This document shows, one piece after another, positions 1-9,755 of a DNA stretch of 64,000 nt (the stretch's first letter is position 1; each line of letters opens with the position of its first letter). A program made the translations under genes and the position numbers. Source of the stretch: Kiritimatiellia bacterium (GTDB lineage: Bacteria > Verrucomicrobiota > Kiritimatiellia > JAAZAB01); NCBI GenBank assembly GCA_040767085.1, contig JAXGPF010000008.1, positions 1 through 64,000 on the forward strand. Direction: 5' to 3'. Under the pieces are notes generated by a model. It was given only the letters and a program-made list of their open reading frames with translations, was not told where the DNA came from and searched no databases.

Positions 1-252
1 ACTCCGCGGTATGACGATGTGCCCGGGCGCATCCAGGAATACCGGTTCGCCTATCACGGCCGCATCCATTACAATGGGGCGCCGGGCGTGGTCCGGCATT
101 TCACGGAACTGATGTCCGGCGCGCGCCAGCCGTTTACCACGGTGGCGCAGGCCTTTACCGCCGAACTCATCGGCTGCGCCGCCTACAGTTCGCAAGGCGG
201 CGCCTGGGTGGACTTGCAGGCGATGTTGCCGGCGGATCTGGCGGATGCCTGA
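1..252 (+). CDS. 3' end of a gene running in from the left edge, possibly a Gfo/Idh/MocA-like oxidoreductase C-terminus
   Basis: Frame open from base 1 (TPRYDDVPGRIQ...) to TGA at 250-252; the HF...AELIGCAAY pattern loosely resembles oxidoreductase C-terminal helices. Confidence 0.45.
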   Translation, partial: TPRYDDVPGRIQEYRFAYHGRIHYNGAPGVVRHFTELMSGARQPFTTVAQAFTAELIGCAAYSSQGGAWVDLQAMLPADLADA

Positions 253-286
253 GTTTGGCCGGCTCTGGCGGCGGGGCGCGCGCCGG

Positions 287-1192
287 TCAACGGCATAACA
301 AGCCGGCGCGGCAGAACCAGGCGTCATCCACGTCGGACTTGTACAATTCGCCGGCGCTGTTGCTGACTTCGTACCGGCGGTCTATCTCCATGCCGCCGCC
401 CAGGTGCATCCATAATGCGCCGGACAGGTTGTATTCCAACCCGGCGCCTATGCGCCAGCATTCCAGCTTGAAGTCGAAATCACCGGGCTCGCCGTCCACG
501 CGCACGTTCCACTTGTCGCCGGCCGGCCGGGCATCGGCGTAAACCAGCAGCTTCCGGTGCGGGCGCCAGGCGACAGCCGGGGCGGGCAGGATCAGGCTGA
601 CCAACCACTGGGAGTGGGCCCGCCAGATCAATCCGCCCAGAGGATACAAGTCATCGTCGCCGAAGGCGCTGTCGTAAGCCAGGCCGGCGGCGAGGTGCAA
701 CTGCGGCAGCCAGCGATACAGGGCCATGCCGTGCAACTGCGTCTTGTAATCGTCGCGGTTCAAGCCTTCCAGGTCGCTGAAGAGGCCGGGGGTGACGTTG
801 CCCCAGAACATCCAATCGCCGCCCGCGTCGTGGATGTAGTCCAGCGGCAGACGCAGGGCGTAAACGTTTTCATCGCCCAAGTCCAAGTTTTGAAATTCAA
901 AACGGTTGTATTTCACGCCCGCGCCCGCCAGCAGGGTATGCGCCCCGGCATTCCAATACGGCAGCGCGGCCAGGCCTTCCCACTCATGCATGCGGGCGCG
1001 CGAATCGGATTGGCCGGTGTCGGCTTCTTTCAGGTCGGCTTCGCCGATATAAGTGTACATGGCGAAAGCATACGGGTCCGACGGGAAATTAGTGACAGAC
1101 AAATCCGCCGCGATTTCCGCCGCCCGGAGGCCGCCGCAGGCCGCCAGCAGCCAGCCCAACAAGCTCCAGAATAATTTTGGACGCTGATTCAT
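287..1192 (-). CDS. Outer-membrane beta-barrel protein (DUF6268-like)
   Basis: Signal peptide, alternating amphipathic beta-strands (AGAGVKYNRF, LHLAAGLAYD, PLGGLIW, IGAGLEY); start overlaps the upstream stop codon. Confidence 0.7.
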   Translation of the reverse strand: MNQRPKLFWSLLGWLLAACGGLRAAEIAADLSVTNFPSDPYAFAMYTYIGEADLKEADTGQSDSRARMHEWEGLAALPYWNAGAHTLLAGAGVKYNRFEFQNLDLGDENVYALRLPLDYIHDAGGDWMFWGNVTPGLFSDLEGLNRDDYKTQLHGMALYRWLPQLHLAAGLAYDSAFGDDDLYPLGGLIWRAHSQWLVSLILPAPAVAWRPHRKLLVYADARPAGDKWNVRVDGEPGDFDFKLECWRIGAGLEYNLSGALWMHLGGGMEIDRRYEVSNSAGELYKSDVDDAWFCRAGLLCR

Positions 1193-2262
1193 AAACGCAC
1201 CTCTCGGCCGGTTTTCGCGGATTTATAGATGGCATCCAGGATTTGCTGGACCACCAGCGCCTGAGCCATGGTGACATCCGGCTTGTCCCGGCCCAGGATC
1301 ACATCCAGCCAATGCCCCTGGCGGCTGGCCGCCGGATGGCGCAGCGGAATGTTTTGCGGCTCGACCACCTCGTATTCTCCAGGTTTTTTGCCGTAGCGGA
1401 AAACCTTTGCGGCGAAGGCTTCGGCCCCGGCTTCCGTGCCGAACAGTTCCAGGCCGCTTTTGTTGTCCTGCTCGGCATGCCGCGCCCAACTGGCTTCCAG
1501 GGACAGCGTCACGCCGCCGGCCAGCCGGATGAAGGCGATGCCGGAATCGTCCACATCAAACCGGTTTTTGCCGATGTCGCTTTTGCCCCACCGGCCTTCG
1601 CCCAGCCCGCGCGGACCGAACTTGGAATAAATGGCCCCGGAAACGGCCAGGGGCCGCCAGTTGTCCAGCAGGTACAGCGCCGCGTCCAGGGCATGCACGC
1701 CGATGTCCAGAATTGCGCCGCCGCCGGCAAATTGCTTTTGCCCGAACCAGGTCCCGAAACGGGGGCAGCCGCTGCGCCGCAGCCAGTAAGCCTTGGCCTG
1801 GTAAAACTCGCCGAATTCGCCGCGCTGGGCCAGCGCCTTGATGGTCTGGATTTTCCGGTTGAACCGCATGTTCATTGCCGGCATCAGGACGCGTTTGTGT
1901 TTGCGCGCGGCCTCGGCGATCCGCCGCGCCTCGCCGTAATTCAGCGCCATGGGTTTTTCCAGCAGCACGTGCTTGCCGGCGGATAGCGCCGCCAGGCTGA
2001 CCGGCAGGTGGAGGTAATTCGGCAGTCCCACGATCACGGCGTCAATTTCCGGGTCGGCGATCAGCTTCCGGAGGTCGGTGTAAACCTTGGGTATCTGGAA
2101 TTTATCCGCCAGGGCGCGGCAGCGTTCGGCGCTGCTGTCGGCTATGGCCGCCACCTGCGCTCCGCCGTAAGCCTGGACGCCGTTGGCATGATCAACGGCA
2201 ATGGCGCCCGCGCCGATGATGCCGACGTTAATGATTTGCGAAGCTGCTGCCGGTTTTTTCAT
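1189..2262 (-). CDS. Gfo/Idh/MocA family oxidoreductase
   Basis: VGIIGAGAIA Rossmann motif, GKHVLLEKPMA, GGGAILDIGVHALD. Confidence 0.95.
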   Translation of the reverse strand: MKKPAAASQIINVGIIGAGAIAVDHANGVQAYGGAQVAAIADSSAERCRALADKFQIPKVYTDLRKLIADPEIDAVIVGLPNYLHLPVSLAALSAGKHVLLEKPMALNYGEARRIAEAARKHKRVLMPAMNMRFNRKIQTIKALAQRGEFGEFYQAKAYWLRRSGCPRFGTWFGQKQFAGGGAILDIGVHALDAALYLLDNWRPLAVSGAIYSKFGPRGLGEGRWGKSDIGKNRFDVDDSGIAFIRLAGGVTLSLEASWARHAEQDNKSGLELFGTEAGAEAFAAKVFRYGKKPGEYEVVEPQNIPLRHPAASRQGHWLDVILGRDKPDVTMAQALVVQQILDAIYKSAKTGREVRL

Positions 2263-2283
2263 TATTTCTCCCTCGACTGGCGG

Positions 2284-3039
2284 TTAAACTTTTCCCATCC
2301 GGCGCAATGCTTCCAGGGAGCGCCGGACGCTTTCCATGGGCGGGTATGGGCGGTATTCTTCCTCCACGATGTACCATTGCGTGCCACCGATGGTTTCGCA
2401 TAACTCGAAAACAGATGGCCAGGGGACGTCGCCTTCGCCGATCAGGGCTTTGGACTTGGCGGCGGAATATTCCTTGAGATGCACGGTTTCCGCCCGGCCG
2501 GCATAGCGCCGCAGGTAGTCGGGGGCCAGCCCGCCGCCGCGCAAGGCATTGCCGGTGTCGAATTGCATGATGACATCCCGGCGGGTGGCGTCAAAGAAGA
2601 TATCCCAGGGCCGCCGGCCTTCCAGCAGTTCGAACTCCATCCAGTGATTGTGGTAGCCGACGCGCATGTGGCGCCGCGCCGCTTTGTCCGCCAGGTCGTT
2701 GAAGAAATCCGCCAGGCGCCGCCAGTCGTCAAGGGTCTTGCGGCGCTCCGCCGGGATGCCGGGGACAATCAGGTACTGGTTGCCCAGGGCCTGGTTGAAG
2801 TCGGCGTTGGCCTCCCAGTTGTCCGGCTCGAACTGGGCGAAAGGGATATGGGCCCCGGCCAACCGCAGCCCGTTATCCGCCAGCATTTGTTTCAAGGCGG
2901 CGGCAGTGTGATTGTGCCATCCCGCAAATTCCACCCCGGCATAACCCATGGCCGCGACGCTCTTGAGGGTGCCGGCCAAATCACTGGCGCAATCTTCGCG
3001 TACGGAATAAAGCTGCAATGCGATCGGGATACGGGCCAT
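2284..3039 (-). CDS. Sugar phosphate isomerase/epimerase (xylose isomerase-like TIM barrel)
   Basis: IALQLYSVR, GYAGVEFAG, GYHNHWMEF, QFDTGN, VHLKE, YIVEEE; AAGGAG RBS. Confidence 0.93.
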   Translation of the reverse strand: MARIPIALQLYSVREDCASDLAGTLKSVAAMGYAGVEFAGWHNHTAAALKQMLADNGLRLAGAHIPFAQFEPDNWEANADFNQALGNQYLIVPGIPAERRKTLDDWRRLADFFNDLADKAARRHMRVGYHNHWMEFELLEGRRPWDIFFDATRRDVIMQFDTGNALRGGGLAPDYLRRYAGRAETVHLKEYSAAKSKALIGEGDVPWPSVFELCETIGGTQWYIVEEEYRPYPPMESVRRSLEALRRMGKV

Positions 3040-3317
3040 TTTACTCCTTTTACGTTACCGGGTTGATCAAATATGATAAATACTCAGCCAGAATACCTGG
3101 CGGTCCGGGCTGGTCTCGCCCGTGTTTATGCGCATTGTTTAACAGAATTCTGCTTGTAGTCAAGCGGCGACTGATGATTCTTGCACCCAGTATCAATCTT
3201 TGTTAATTGCTTTCATAATTACTTATTGCCATTATTAAAATGTTTATATATGTTCCATTCATGGGCTGTGTGTCCAAAACAACGTCAAAACAAAGCTTAA
3301 GCAAGAAGGATTTAATT

Positions 3318-4013
3318 ATGAGTGCGCCAACCGCTGTTTTGCTGGCACTGCTTGGAATTTCGTCATGGATTTATGCCGCGGATGATCAATCGTTTTATGT
3401 GGGGGTGTCAGGGGGCCTGGTCATGCCCATGGATATGCTGGAAGAGTGGAGTTGGGAGGAGTTGGGGCAATCGGCTGATTTGAAGGAAAAAATGAAGAAT
3501 GGGTTCATGCTTGGCCTCAAGCTCGGTTTCCGGCCGGAAGCCTTGAAAATACTGGCAATTGAGGTTGAATATACTTACCAGCGCGCGGAATTCGATAAGA
3601 TCATGTCGCCGGGTTTTAACGCCGGCCCGTACATTGTGGATGGATTTTACTCGGATGCGAATGATTCTTACATGACCTTTAATTCACTCTTCTTAAACAT
3701 TATCGCCAGATATCCTGAAGGGCGCATGCATCCCTACGTAGGCATCGGGCCCGGCATGACCCGTGCTTATGTTTCATTCAACGAGCCCAATCTAACCACG
3801 GAAGGCTTTGGCTTTCAGGAAAGCGGCGACGACGACATTTTCTGCTATCAGATTATCGCCGGCGTTGACTATGACGTCGATGCATCCTTTTCCATCGGGG
3901 CGGGATACAAGTACTTTGCGGCAAAACCTACAATCACGTGGGCGAACGGCACGCAGAGCGATTACGACCCGGTGACGCACAGCTTTGTTTTGGATGTGAA
4001 GTATAAGTTTTAG
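3318..4013 (+). CDS. Small outer-membrane beta-barrel (OmpA/OmpW/porin-like) protein
   Basis: AAGGA RBS before ATG 3318, signal peptide, FYVGVSGG, HPYVGIGPG, IGAGYKYF, C-terminal VKYKF Bam signal; locally lower GC. Confidence 0.85.
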   Translation: MSAPTAVLLALLGISSWIYAADDQSFYVGVSGGLVMPMDMLEEWSWEELGQSADLKEKMKNGFMLGLKLGFRPEALKILAIEVEYTYQRAEFDKIMSPGFNAGPYIVDGFYSDANDSYMTFNSLFLNIIARYPEGRMHPYVGIGPGMTRAYVSFNEPNLTTEGFGFQESGDDDIFCYQIIAGVDYDVDASFSIGAGYKYFAAKPTITWANGTQSDYDPVTHSFVLDVKYKF

Positions 4014-4154
4014 TCTTATGCAAGCGTGCCGCTGGCCGGTGATCGTTGCCGTTAAACTGCTGGAGTCACAGGACGCCCTTGACACGCACCGCTTTGTCCT
4101 TGAGTCAAGTCAACCAAGCGAGATGATGGTTAAAGGAAGCAAATCAACCAGGAG

Positions 4155-4805
4155 ATGCGCATGAAATTTCTGCAAACCATGTCGGCTGCCATCCTGCTCG
4201 GGTTTTGTGGCTGCAGCACCATCTACTACGGCGCCATGGAAAAACTGGGGGTGCACAAGCGCGAAATCATGGTGGACCGCGTCAAGGCGGCGCGCGACTC
4301 CCAGGATGAAGCGAAAAAGCAGTTTGTCTCGGCCATGGATCAGTTCAAGAGCATTGTCAACTTCAAGGGCGGCGACCTGGAAAAGGAGTACAATCGGCTC
4401 AATGCGACCCTCCAGAAAAGCGAAGCCAGGGCCGCCGACGTGCGCAGCCGCATCCAGGCCGTAGAGGATGTATCGCAAGCCCTCTTCAAAGAATGGCGTT
4501 CGGAAATCAAGCAATACGCCAGCGATTCGCTGCGGAAATCCAGTCAGCGTAAATACGATGCGACGAAGGCGAAGTACGAGGAACTGATCGAGGCCATGCG
4601 GCAGGCCGAATCCAAGCTGGAACCGGCGCTGGTGCCGCTGCGCGACCAGGTCCTGTTCATGAAGCACAACCTGAATGCCAAGGCGATCGCCGGCCTGAGC
4701 GGCGAACTGGCCAGCGTCCAGGTGAATGTTGACACGCTTGTGCGCGACATCGAGACTTCCATCACCCAGGCCGATGCGTTCATTTCCGCGCTGCAGGCGG
4801 AATGA
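4155..4805 (+). CDS. DUF2959 family lipoprotein
   Basis: Lipobox-like FCGC; YYGAMEKLGVHKREIMVDRV and LRDQVLFMKHNLNAKAI motifs. Confidence 0.9.
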   Translation: MRMKFLQTMSAAILLGFCGCSTIYYGAMEKLGVHKREIMVDRVKAARDSQDEAKKQFVSAMDQFKSIVNFKGGDLEKEYNRLNATLQKSEARAADVRSRIQAVEDVSQALFKEWRSEIKQYASDSLRKSSQRKYDATKAKYEELIEAMRQAESKLEPALVPLRDQVLFMKHNLNAKAIAGLSGELASVQVNVDTLVRDIETSITQADAFISALQAE

Positions 4806-4904
4806 TGTTTGACCGCGCCGGCAGGGCGCCGGCAAGTTCCCGGAAAGACGCCGGGCCCAGGGCCCCGGCACGGTTATCGAACAACCCGGGAGAAAAGGAG
4901 CCAA

Positions 4905-5252
4905 ATGAGCTGGCATTGGATGACAATCATATTGATTTCGGGCTTGGCTGCGGGCTGCGCTTCAACCGGCGTCCGCCGCCAATCGGATGCAATGGCCCAG
5001 GGCGATCTCTTATCATATCAAACGGTGGTCCTGACGGTCCACGGCCTAAGTTGCCCGCTTTGTTCCAACAACCTGGACGGCCAACTCCGGCGTATCGACG
5101 GAGTGCAGGAAGCCCGGATCGACTTGCAGACCGGCGCGGTATCGGTGCGGCTGCGCGAAGGCCATACCGTATCGCGGCGGGATCTTGCCCGCGCGGTGGA
5201 AGACGCCGGGTTCACGCTGAAGAAAATCGAACCCGGAGACGCCGGCGAATGA
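4905..5252 (+). CDS. Heavy-metal-associated (HMA) domain lipoprotein
   Basis: AAGGAG RBS before ATG 4905, lipobox LAAGC, VHGLSCPLC metal motif, AVEDAGF C-terminus. Confidence 0.88.
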   Translation: MSWHWMTIILISGLAAGCASTGVRRQSDAMAQGDLLSYQTVVLTVHGLSCPLCSNNLDGQLRRIDGVQEARIDLQTGAVSVRLREGHTVSRRDLARAVEDAGFTLKKIEPGDAGE

Positions 5253-6019
5253 AACCCAGGCAGATCACTGCCTTTGCGCTGCTGCTCGTTGCGATGTCGG
5301 CCGCCGCTATTGCACAGGAACCGACCTTTATGGATGCGGCAACACATCCCGGGGCGGGACAGTTATATTCCCGTTGCCTTGTTTCCTGCTTGGAATACAA
5401 GGAGGCGGGCGCGGATGCGGAGTTGACCGCCGCCATTATCAAGCTGGCCTATGGGATAGAGTCAACCCTGGCGTTATTGTTGGAGGGGGAGTTTGCGCAC
5501 TTGTCCCAAGACGCTCATGACGAGACCGGTCTCGGGCGGACAACGCTTCAGCTCAAGTACCGTGTTTTCAAGCATGATTTTGGCCCCCTGGACACCTGGC
5601 GCGCTTCGTTGCTCGGCGGCGCAACGATTCCCGGAGATATGACTGCCTACGGCCAGTCCCATGCTTACCCGCGTGGTTCGCTTGTCTCAACCGCCATTCT
5701 TGGGCGGCATGGTTTGAATGCCGCCGTTGGGTGGGAGGAATGCGGCGATGAGCCGGATCGTATTGCCGTCAACGGATCGTATCTATACCGCCTTGCGCCT
5801 TCCGTTTATACAGCCGCTACCCGCGGCGCCTGGTACAGCATGGTTGAAAGTCTTAATGACTGGGCCGAAGCGGGGGATTATCGCTGCCGCCTGGCCCTGG
5901 GGCTGCTGTACGAAGCGCGCCGCTGGGCTTGGGAAATCAGCGGCCGGCTGCCCGTAGCCCAGGTTTGGCAGAGGGAGACGCATTATACAATTGCCATGGG
6001 ACTGCGCTGGTTGCCTTGA
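5249..6019 (+). CDS. Putative outer-membrane beta-barrel transporter
   Basis: ATGA overlap with the HMA gene; signal peptide; GLGRTTLQLKYRVF, LGLLYEA and terminal MGLRWLP beta-strand patterns. Confidence 0.65.
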   Translation: MKPRQITAFALLLVAMSAAAIAQEPTFMDAATHPGAGQLYSRCLVSCLEYKEAGADAELTAAIIKLAYGIESTLALLLEGEFAHLSQDAHDETGLGRTTLQLKYRVFKHDFGPLDTWRASLLGGATIPGDMTAYGQSHAYPRGSLVSTAILGRHGLNAAVGWEECGDEPDRIAVNGSYLYRLAPSVYTAATRGAWYSMVESLNDWAEAGDYRCRLALGLLYEARRWAWEISGRLPVAQVWQRETHYTIAMGLRWLP

Positions 6020-6170
6020 CCGTGCCGGCGAAACGGTATGCAAACTCCTCGAACATGCCGCCTCCGGGGCAGCGGCTGCCAGCAGCCGGGCGTACCGGCT
6101 TCCGGGCGCCTGGTAAATATAATTGCGCGCCGCCCTCCGGCGGGCTGGCGCGTACAGGGTAGGGGCTAAG

Positions 6171-6656
6171 ATGAGAATCCGCCCGCTGGCTGTTATATTC
6201 CTGGGCGCGGCGCTGGCCGCCCGTGCCGAGCCTATGCCATCATCGGTTGAATCGTGGGAAGGCGTCTTTACACAGACCGCTTCGCCGGTTGCCATCCGGA
6301 TGGACGGCTTGCCGCCTTTGCAATTGTGGCTGTATCAGCTCGACACGGGCTCCCGGGGAACTTGCGTCGGTTTTGCCCGGGAAGACGGCGGCCTGCTGCT
6401 GGCGCCGGTTCCGAACGGCCAAGGCGTTCAGCCAGTATATACCGGCTACTCCGTGATCTTGGAGCAAGCGCCTGCCGCGCGGATCATCGTGATGTACGAC
6501 ATTCAAGGCAATGGCCGGATGCGGATGGTGGAAGCATATCGCTATGATGGGCGCCAGGTAACACTCGCGTCCCACAGCGTGTTCCATGGCAAACATGATC
6601 CGGTCTGGCGAAAGCCCGGGCGCGTGCCAGACCTGTCCCGTTCCAAAGGAGATTGA
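6171..6656 (+). CDS. Hypothetical secreted protein
   Basis: Signal peptide MRIRPLAVIFLGAALAARA; protein-like composition. Confidence 0.6.
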   Translation: MRIRPLAVIFLGAALAARAEPMPSSVESWEGVFTQTASPVAIRMDGLPPLQLWLYQLDTGSRGTCVGFAREDGGLLLAPVPNGQGVQPVYTGYSVILEQAPAARIIVMYDIQGNGRMRMVEAYRYDGRQVTLASHSVFHGKHDPVWRKPGRVPDLSRSKGD

Positions 6657-7140
6657 ACGCTATGATCGCAAAATCCGCCGGCATGCCCGCGGCGCGCGCG
6701 CATATCACGGGAGGCATCCGGACCGGCGCGTTGCTGGCAGCTCCAGATCGCGGCCTGCTCCGCGCCGGCCGGCAACCTTGACATCCAGGTCGAAGGCGGC
6801 GGCGTCTGGTTCAGCCGGAACGATGACGAAGTTTACACTTTCGCCTGGGTGCACTACGCGCAGGCGGCGGCAGGCTGCCGGTTCTGATCCGGCCGCGCCA
6901 TTCGTTTTCCCGGCCGGAGGTTGGCTGGCCGGCTGCTTCGATTAGCGGGCCGAGTTTGTGAATATCCCCCCCCGGCGGGCCGGCATGGGTGCGAAATCGT
7001 TTGCAATGGCATTCCTGGCTGTGATACAAATACAAAAACCTGAATACACGATTTGCATCCAAAGCATCTCCCGCCGTTAGGCGGTGTCAAACGCGATTTA
7101 CATTAATTAGGAAGAACCCCGGCAGGTCGGGAAAAACAAT

Positions 7141-7941
7141 ATGCGAAATGCCATCCCTGTAATCTTGCTGCTGGTCTTTTCCGCATCCGCCGTCCATGCC
7201 TTGCCGCCGGTTATCTCGCAGGGATGGCGGCTGGTGTGGTCCGATGAGTTCAACGGCACAGCGCTGGATACCACGAAGTGGGAGCATGCGCCGGAGTGGA
7301 AGCGCAGGGAAACACAGTGGTGGTCGGACCAGGACGCCTACCTGGACGGCGCCAACCACCTGGTGTTGCGCATGCGGCGGGATGACGGCAAAATCTACGC
7401 CGGCGCTGTCCGGACGCGGCGCGACTGGCCTTATGACAACCAATTTCTTTTCGAACGTAAGCATGGGTATTTTGAAATCCGGACGACATTCCCGGTGATA
7501 CCGGGCGGCTGGAGCGCCTTCTGGCTGATGCCATCCGGCGTCGATCCCTACGGAGCCACGAACGGCAGCGCGGGCTCCGAAATAGATATTTTCGAAACCA
7601 TACATTCCACCAAGGACTGGATCAATCACGCCATCTACTGGGGCGCTTACGGCGCCAGCAGTGATGTGGCCGACATGCCCGGCCTGTACGAGGGCTTTCA
7701 CACGGTTGGGCTGCTCTGGACGGAGTCGGAATATGTGTTTTACGTGGATGACGTGGAGACCTGGCGCACCACCGCCGGCAACGGCGTCATGCAGGTGCCG
7801 GCCTATCTGAAAATCACGATGGAAGCGAACCCGGGCGCATATGACCATTTAACCGAGCCCAAGACCATGTTTGTAGACTACGTCCGGGTCTATGCCCCGC
7901 CGCCGCCCGGCACCATTATCGGCATTGCACAGAGGCGATGA
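7141..7941 (+). CDS. Glycoside hydrolase family 16 protein
   Basis: Signal peptide, WRLVWSDEFNG, WSAFWL, catalytic EIDIFE, FHTVGLLW, MFVDYVRVY. Confidence 0.95.
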   Translation: MRNAIPVILLLVFSASAVHALPPVISQGWRLVWSDEFNGTALDTTKWEHAPEWKRRETQWWSDQDAYLDGANHLVLRMRRDDGKIYAGAVRTRRDWPYDNQFLFERKHGYFEIRTTFPVIPGGWSAFWLMPSGVDPYGATNGSAGSEIDIFETIHSTKDWINHAIYWGAYGASSDVADMPGLYEGFHTVGLLWTESEYVFYVDDVETWRTTAGNGVMQVPAYLKITMEANPGAYDHLTEPKTMFVDYVRVYAPPPPGTIIGIAQRR

Positions 7942-8180
7942 TGCCGGCACAAGACCGCCATACGGGATTCTGGGCGCCGGGGCGCGCCGCCTTCGCTGAA
8001 GAGTTGGCGCAACAGGCAAAGGCCAGGCTGGCGCCGCTGCGGTTGGAACTGAAAACTGCCTCCGACCCGGCGCGCAGGGCGGAACTCAAACGGCGGATCG
8101 CCGCCGTCAAGGATGAATTCCGCGCCCGGCGCCGGCATGCGTCCTACAGCTTGTTTGCAAAAGCGCCCCGGGAAGACTGA
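7938..8180 (+). CDS. Small hypothetical helical protein
   Basis: ATGA overlap with the GH16 stop; charged coiled-coil-like sequence. Confidence 0.45.
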   Translation: MMPAQDRHTGFWAPGRAAFAEELAQQAKARLAPLRLELKTASDPARRAELKRRIAAVKDEFRARRRHASYSLFAKAPRED

Positions 8181-8244
8181 CCGGTGGCACATATACCGCT
8201 TCAATAATTTCGTCCTGCTTCTCGCGTACCGGGCAAGTTGTTTT

Positions 8245-8847
8245 TTAATTCAAGGAACCGGCCGCCTTTATCAGCGTCGCCAGTGATTCCGCAAGCCGCC
8301 TGTACCCGCTGGCGTTCGGATGGACTTGATCGCTCTTGAGCCCGGGAGTTGACAGGATTTTGGCGATCGAGTCGGCATTGAAGGGGATGTTGTGCCTGGC
8401 CGCGATTTTTCGGTAAAAAGGAGGCGCTCTCAGAAGCAATCCCGGCTTGGGAACGCCGACCAGGATGACGTCGGCGCCCGCGTCCTTCGCCATGATGATC
8501 ATCGCGGAGAGATTTGCGATGGTGATGTCTTGCGGCTCTTTCCGCAACATATCATTCCCCCCGTGACAGAGGATGACGAGTTGCGGCTTCGCTTCCGCCA
8601 GCGCCCCGGCAAGCCGGCTGCGCCCGGCCGTGGTGTCCTCGCCCGGCTGGCCGGCGTTGATCACCTGGCATCCGAGCATCCTGGAGAGCACGGCCGGATA
8701 GCTCTCGGCACTGTTGGCGCCGGTGCCGGCGGTCAGGCTGTCGCCGAAGGCGAGCACGACCGAGGACTCGGACACTTTCCTGATTTTGGGCTGGCTCCCG
8801 CACCCGACGCAAAGTGCAAGCAGGCAAAGTAGGACGATGGATTTCAT
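8245..8847 (-). CDS. Arylesterase / GDSL-SGNH lipase (TesA-like) lipoprotein
   Basis: AFGDSLTAG, INAGQPGE, GGND, DQVHPN; lipobox CVGC. Confidence 0.93.
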   Translation of the reverse strand: MKSIVLLCLLALCVGCGSQPKIRKVSESSVVLAFGDSLTAGTGANSAESYPAVLSRMLGCQVINAGQPGEDTTAGRSRLAGALAEAKPQLVILCHGGNDMLRKEPQDITIANLSAMIIMAKDAGADVILVGVPKPGLLLRAPPFYRKIAARHNIPFNADSIAKILSTPGLKSDQVHPNASGYRRLAESLATLIKAAGSLN

Positions 8848-9342
8848 GTAAACCTAAACTTTTCTCACGGCCGCCGGCATCCCATTCGATCCGCTCCGCC
8901 GGCCTTGGTGTTCCTGGCGCCTTGGCGTAAGGCGCTCATCCTGGTTGCTCGGGATGAATTTACCCCAATTTTCCAGACTTGCCCGCCACAATCTAAATAA
9001 TAGGCGACGCCCCATCCAAACCGCAATCTTTTTATGGCATAGGATGGCGGTTTTTGCCGGCCTGATGCAAATCGAAATAAAACTTGACCGACCCCATGCT
9101 CGACCCCATACTCTGGGAAAGTCCTATCTCAAGGCCCAAAACCATTAAATTACTGCCATCTACCGGAAAGATCACGCCACGCCTCACCCGCACCCAGCCC
9201 CAATTGTCAAGGGCTGACTCTCGCCGCTCCGTTAATTCCTGGAGCCGGGACGTCCTCGTCCCGGTCTGCCTCCGCTGCAGGGCGAATGTCCCGCGAGCCA
9301 TCTGCTCCGACTTGTTAATTTTCTCGAAATTGTCTCGCGTTT

Positions 9343-9369
9343 GGTAGGGCGGTCAGTCCCTTGACCGCC
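9343..9369 (+). repeat. GTAG-type REP-like palindrome
   Basis: GGTAGGGCGGTCAGTCCCTTGACCGCC; near-identical reverse-complement copy at 40363-40388. Confidence 0.7.
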
Positions 9370-9391
9370 ACGCACCGAATGAAAGAAACAA

Positions 9392-9604
9392 AATCCACAG
9401 ATTACGCAGATTAACGCAGAAGCCGGATTCGCCGATAATAATCTGCGAAAACCTGCGCAATCTGCGGATGATCATTCCGAATGCTGGCGCTTAATGGGGA
9501 AAGTAATCCACAGATTACGCAGATTAACGCAGATGCCGGATTCACCCGTAATAATCTGCGAAAACCTGCGCAATCTGCGGATGATCATTCCGAATGCTGG
9601 CGCT
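9392..9604. repeat. Tandem duplication (113-bp period) of an internally palindromic unit
   Basis: Copies at 9392-9491 and 9505-9604; each has CCACAGATTACGCAGATTAACGCAGA paired with TCTGCGAAAACCTGCGCAATCTGCGG. Confidence 0.9.
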
Positions 9605-9755
9605 GAAGGCGGGGATGAAGGGCAGGGGGTCAGTCCGTGATTCTTGGCGTATTTTTTCAGATTCTGCCGCAATCGCCCATAGATTATAAGGAGGAACCAA
9701 CATTGTTTTAAGACTCTTATTCAGTTCGTATCACGGAATGCTGAAGGAGGACAAT

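Noticed and set aside
3040-6660. Integron cassette array of small plus-strand genes
   Set aside because: No paired RYYYAAC...GTTRRRY attC structures after the stops and no integrase
6660-7100. Short ORFs between the secreted protein gene and GH16
   Set aside because: No RBS or motifs; possibly a decayed fragment, but unsupported
9392-9604. Possible CRISPR array
   Set aside because: Only two 100-bp units with no unique spacers and no cas genes
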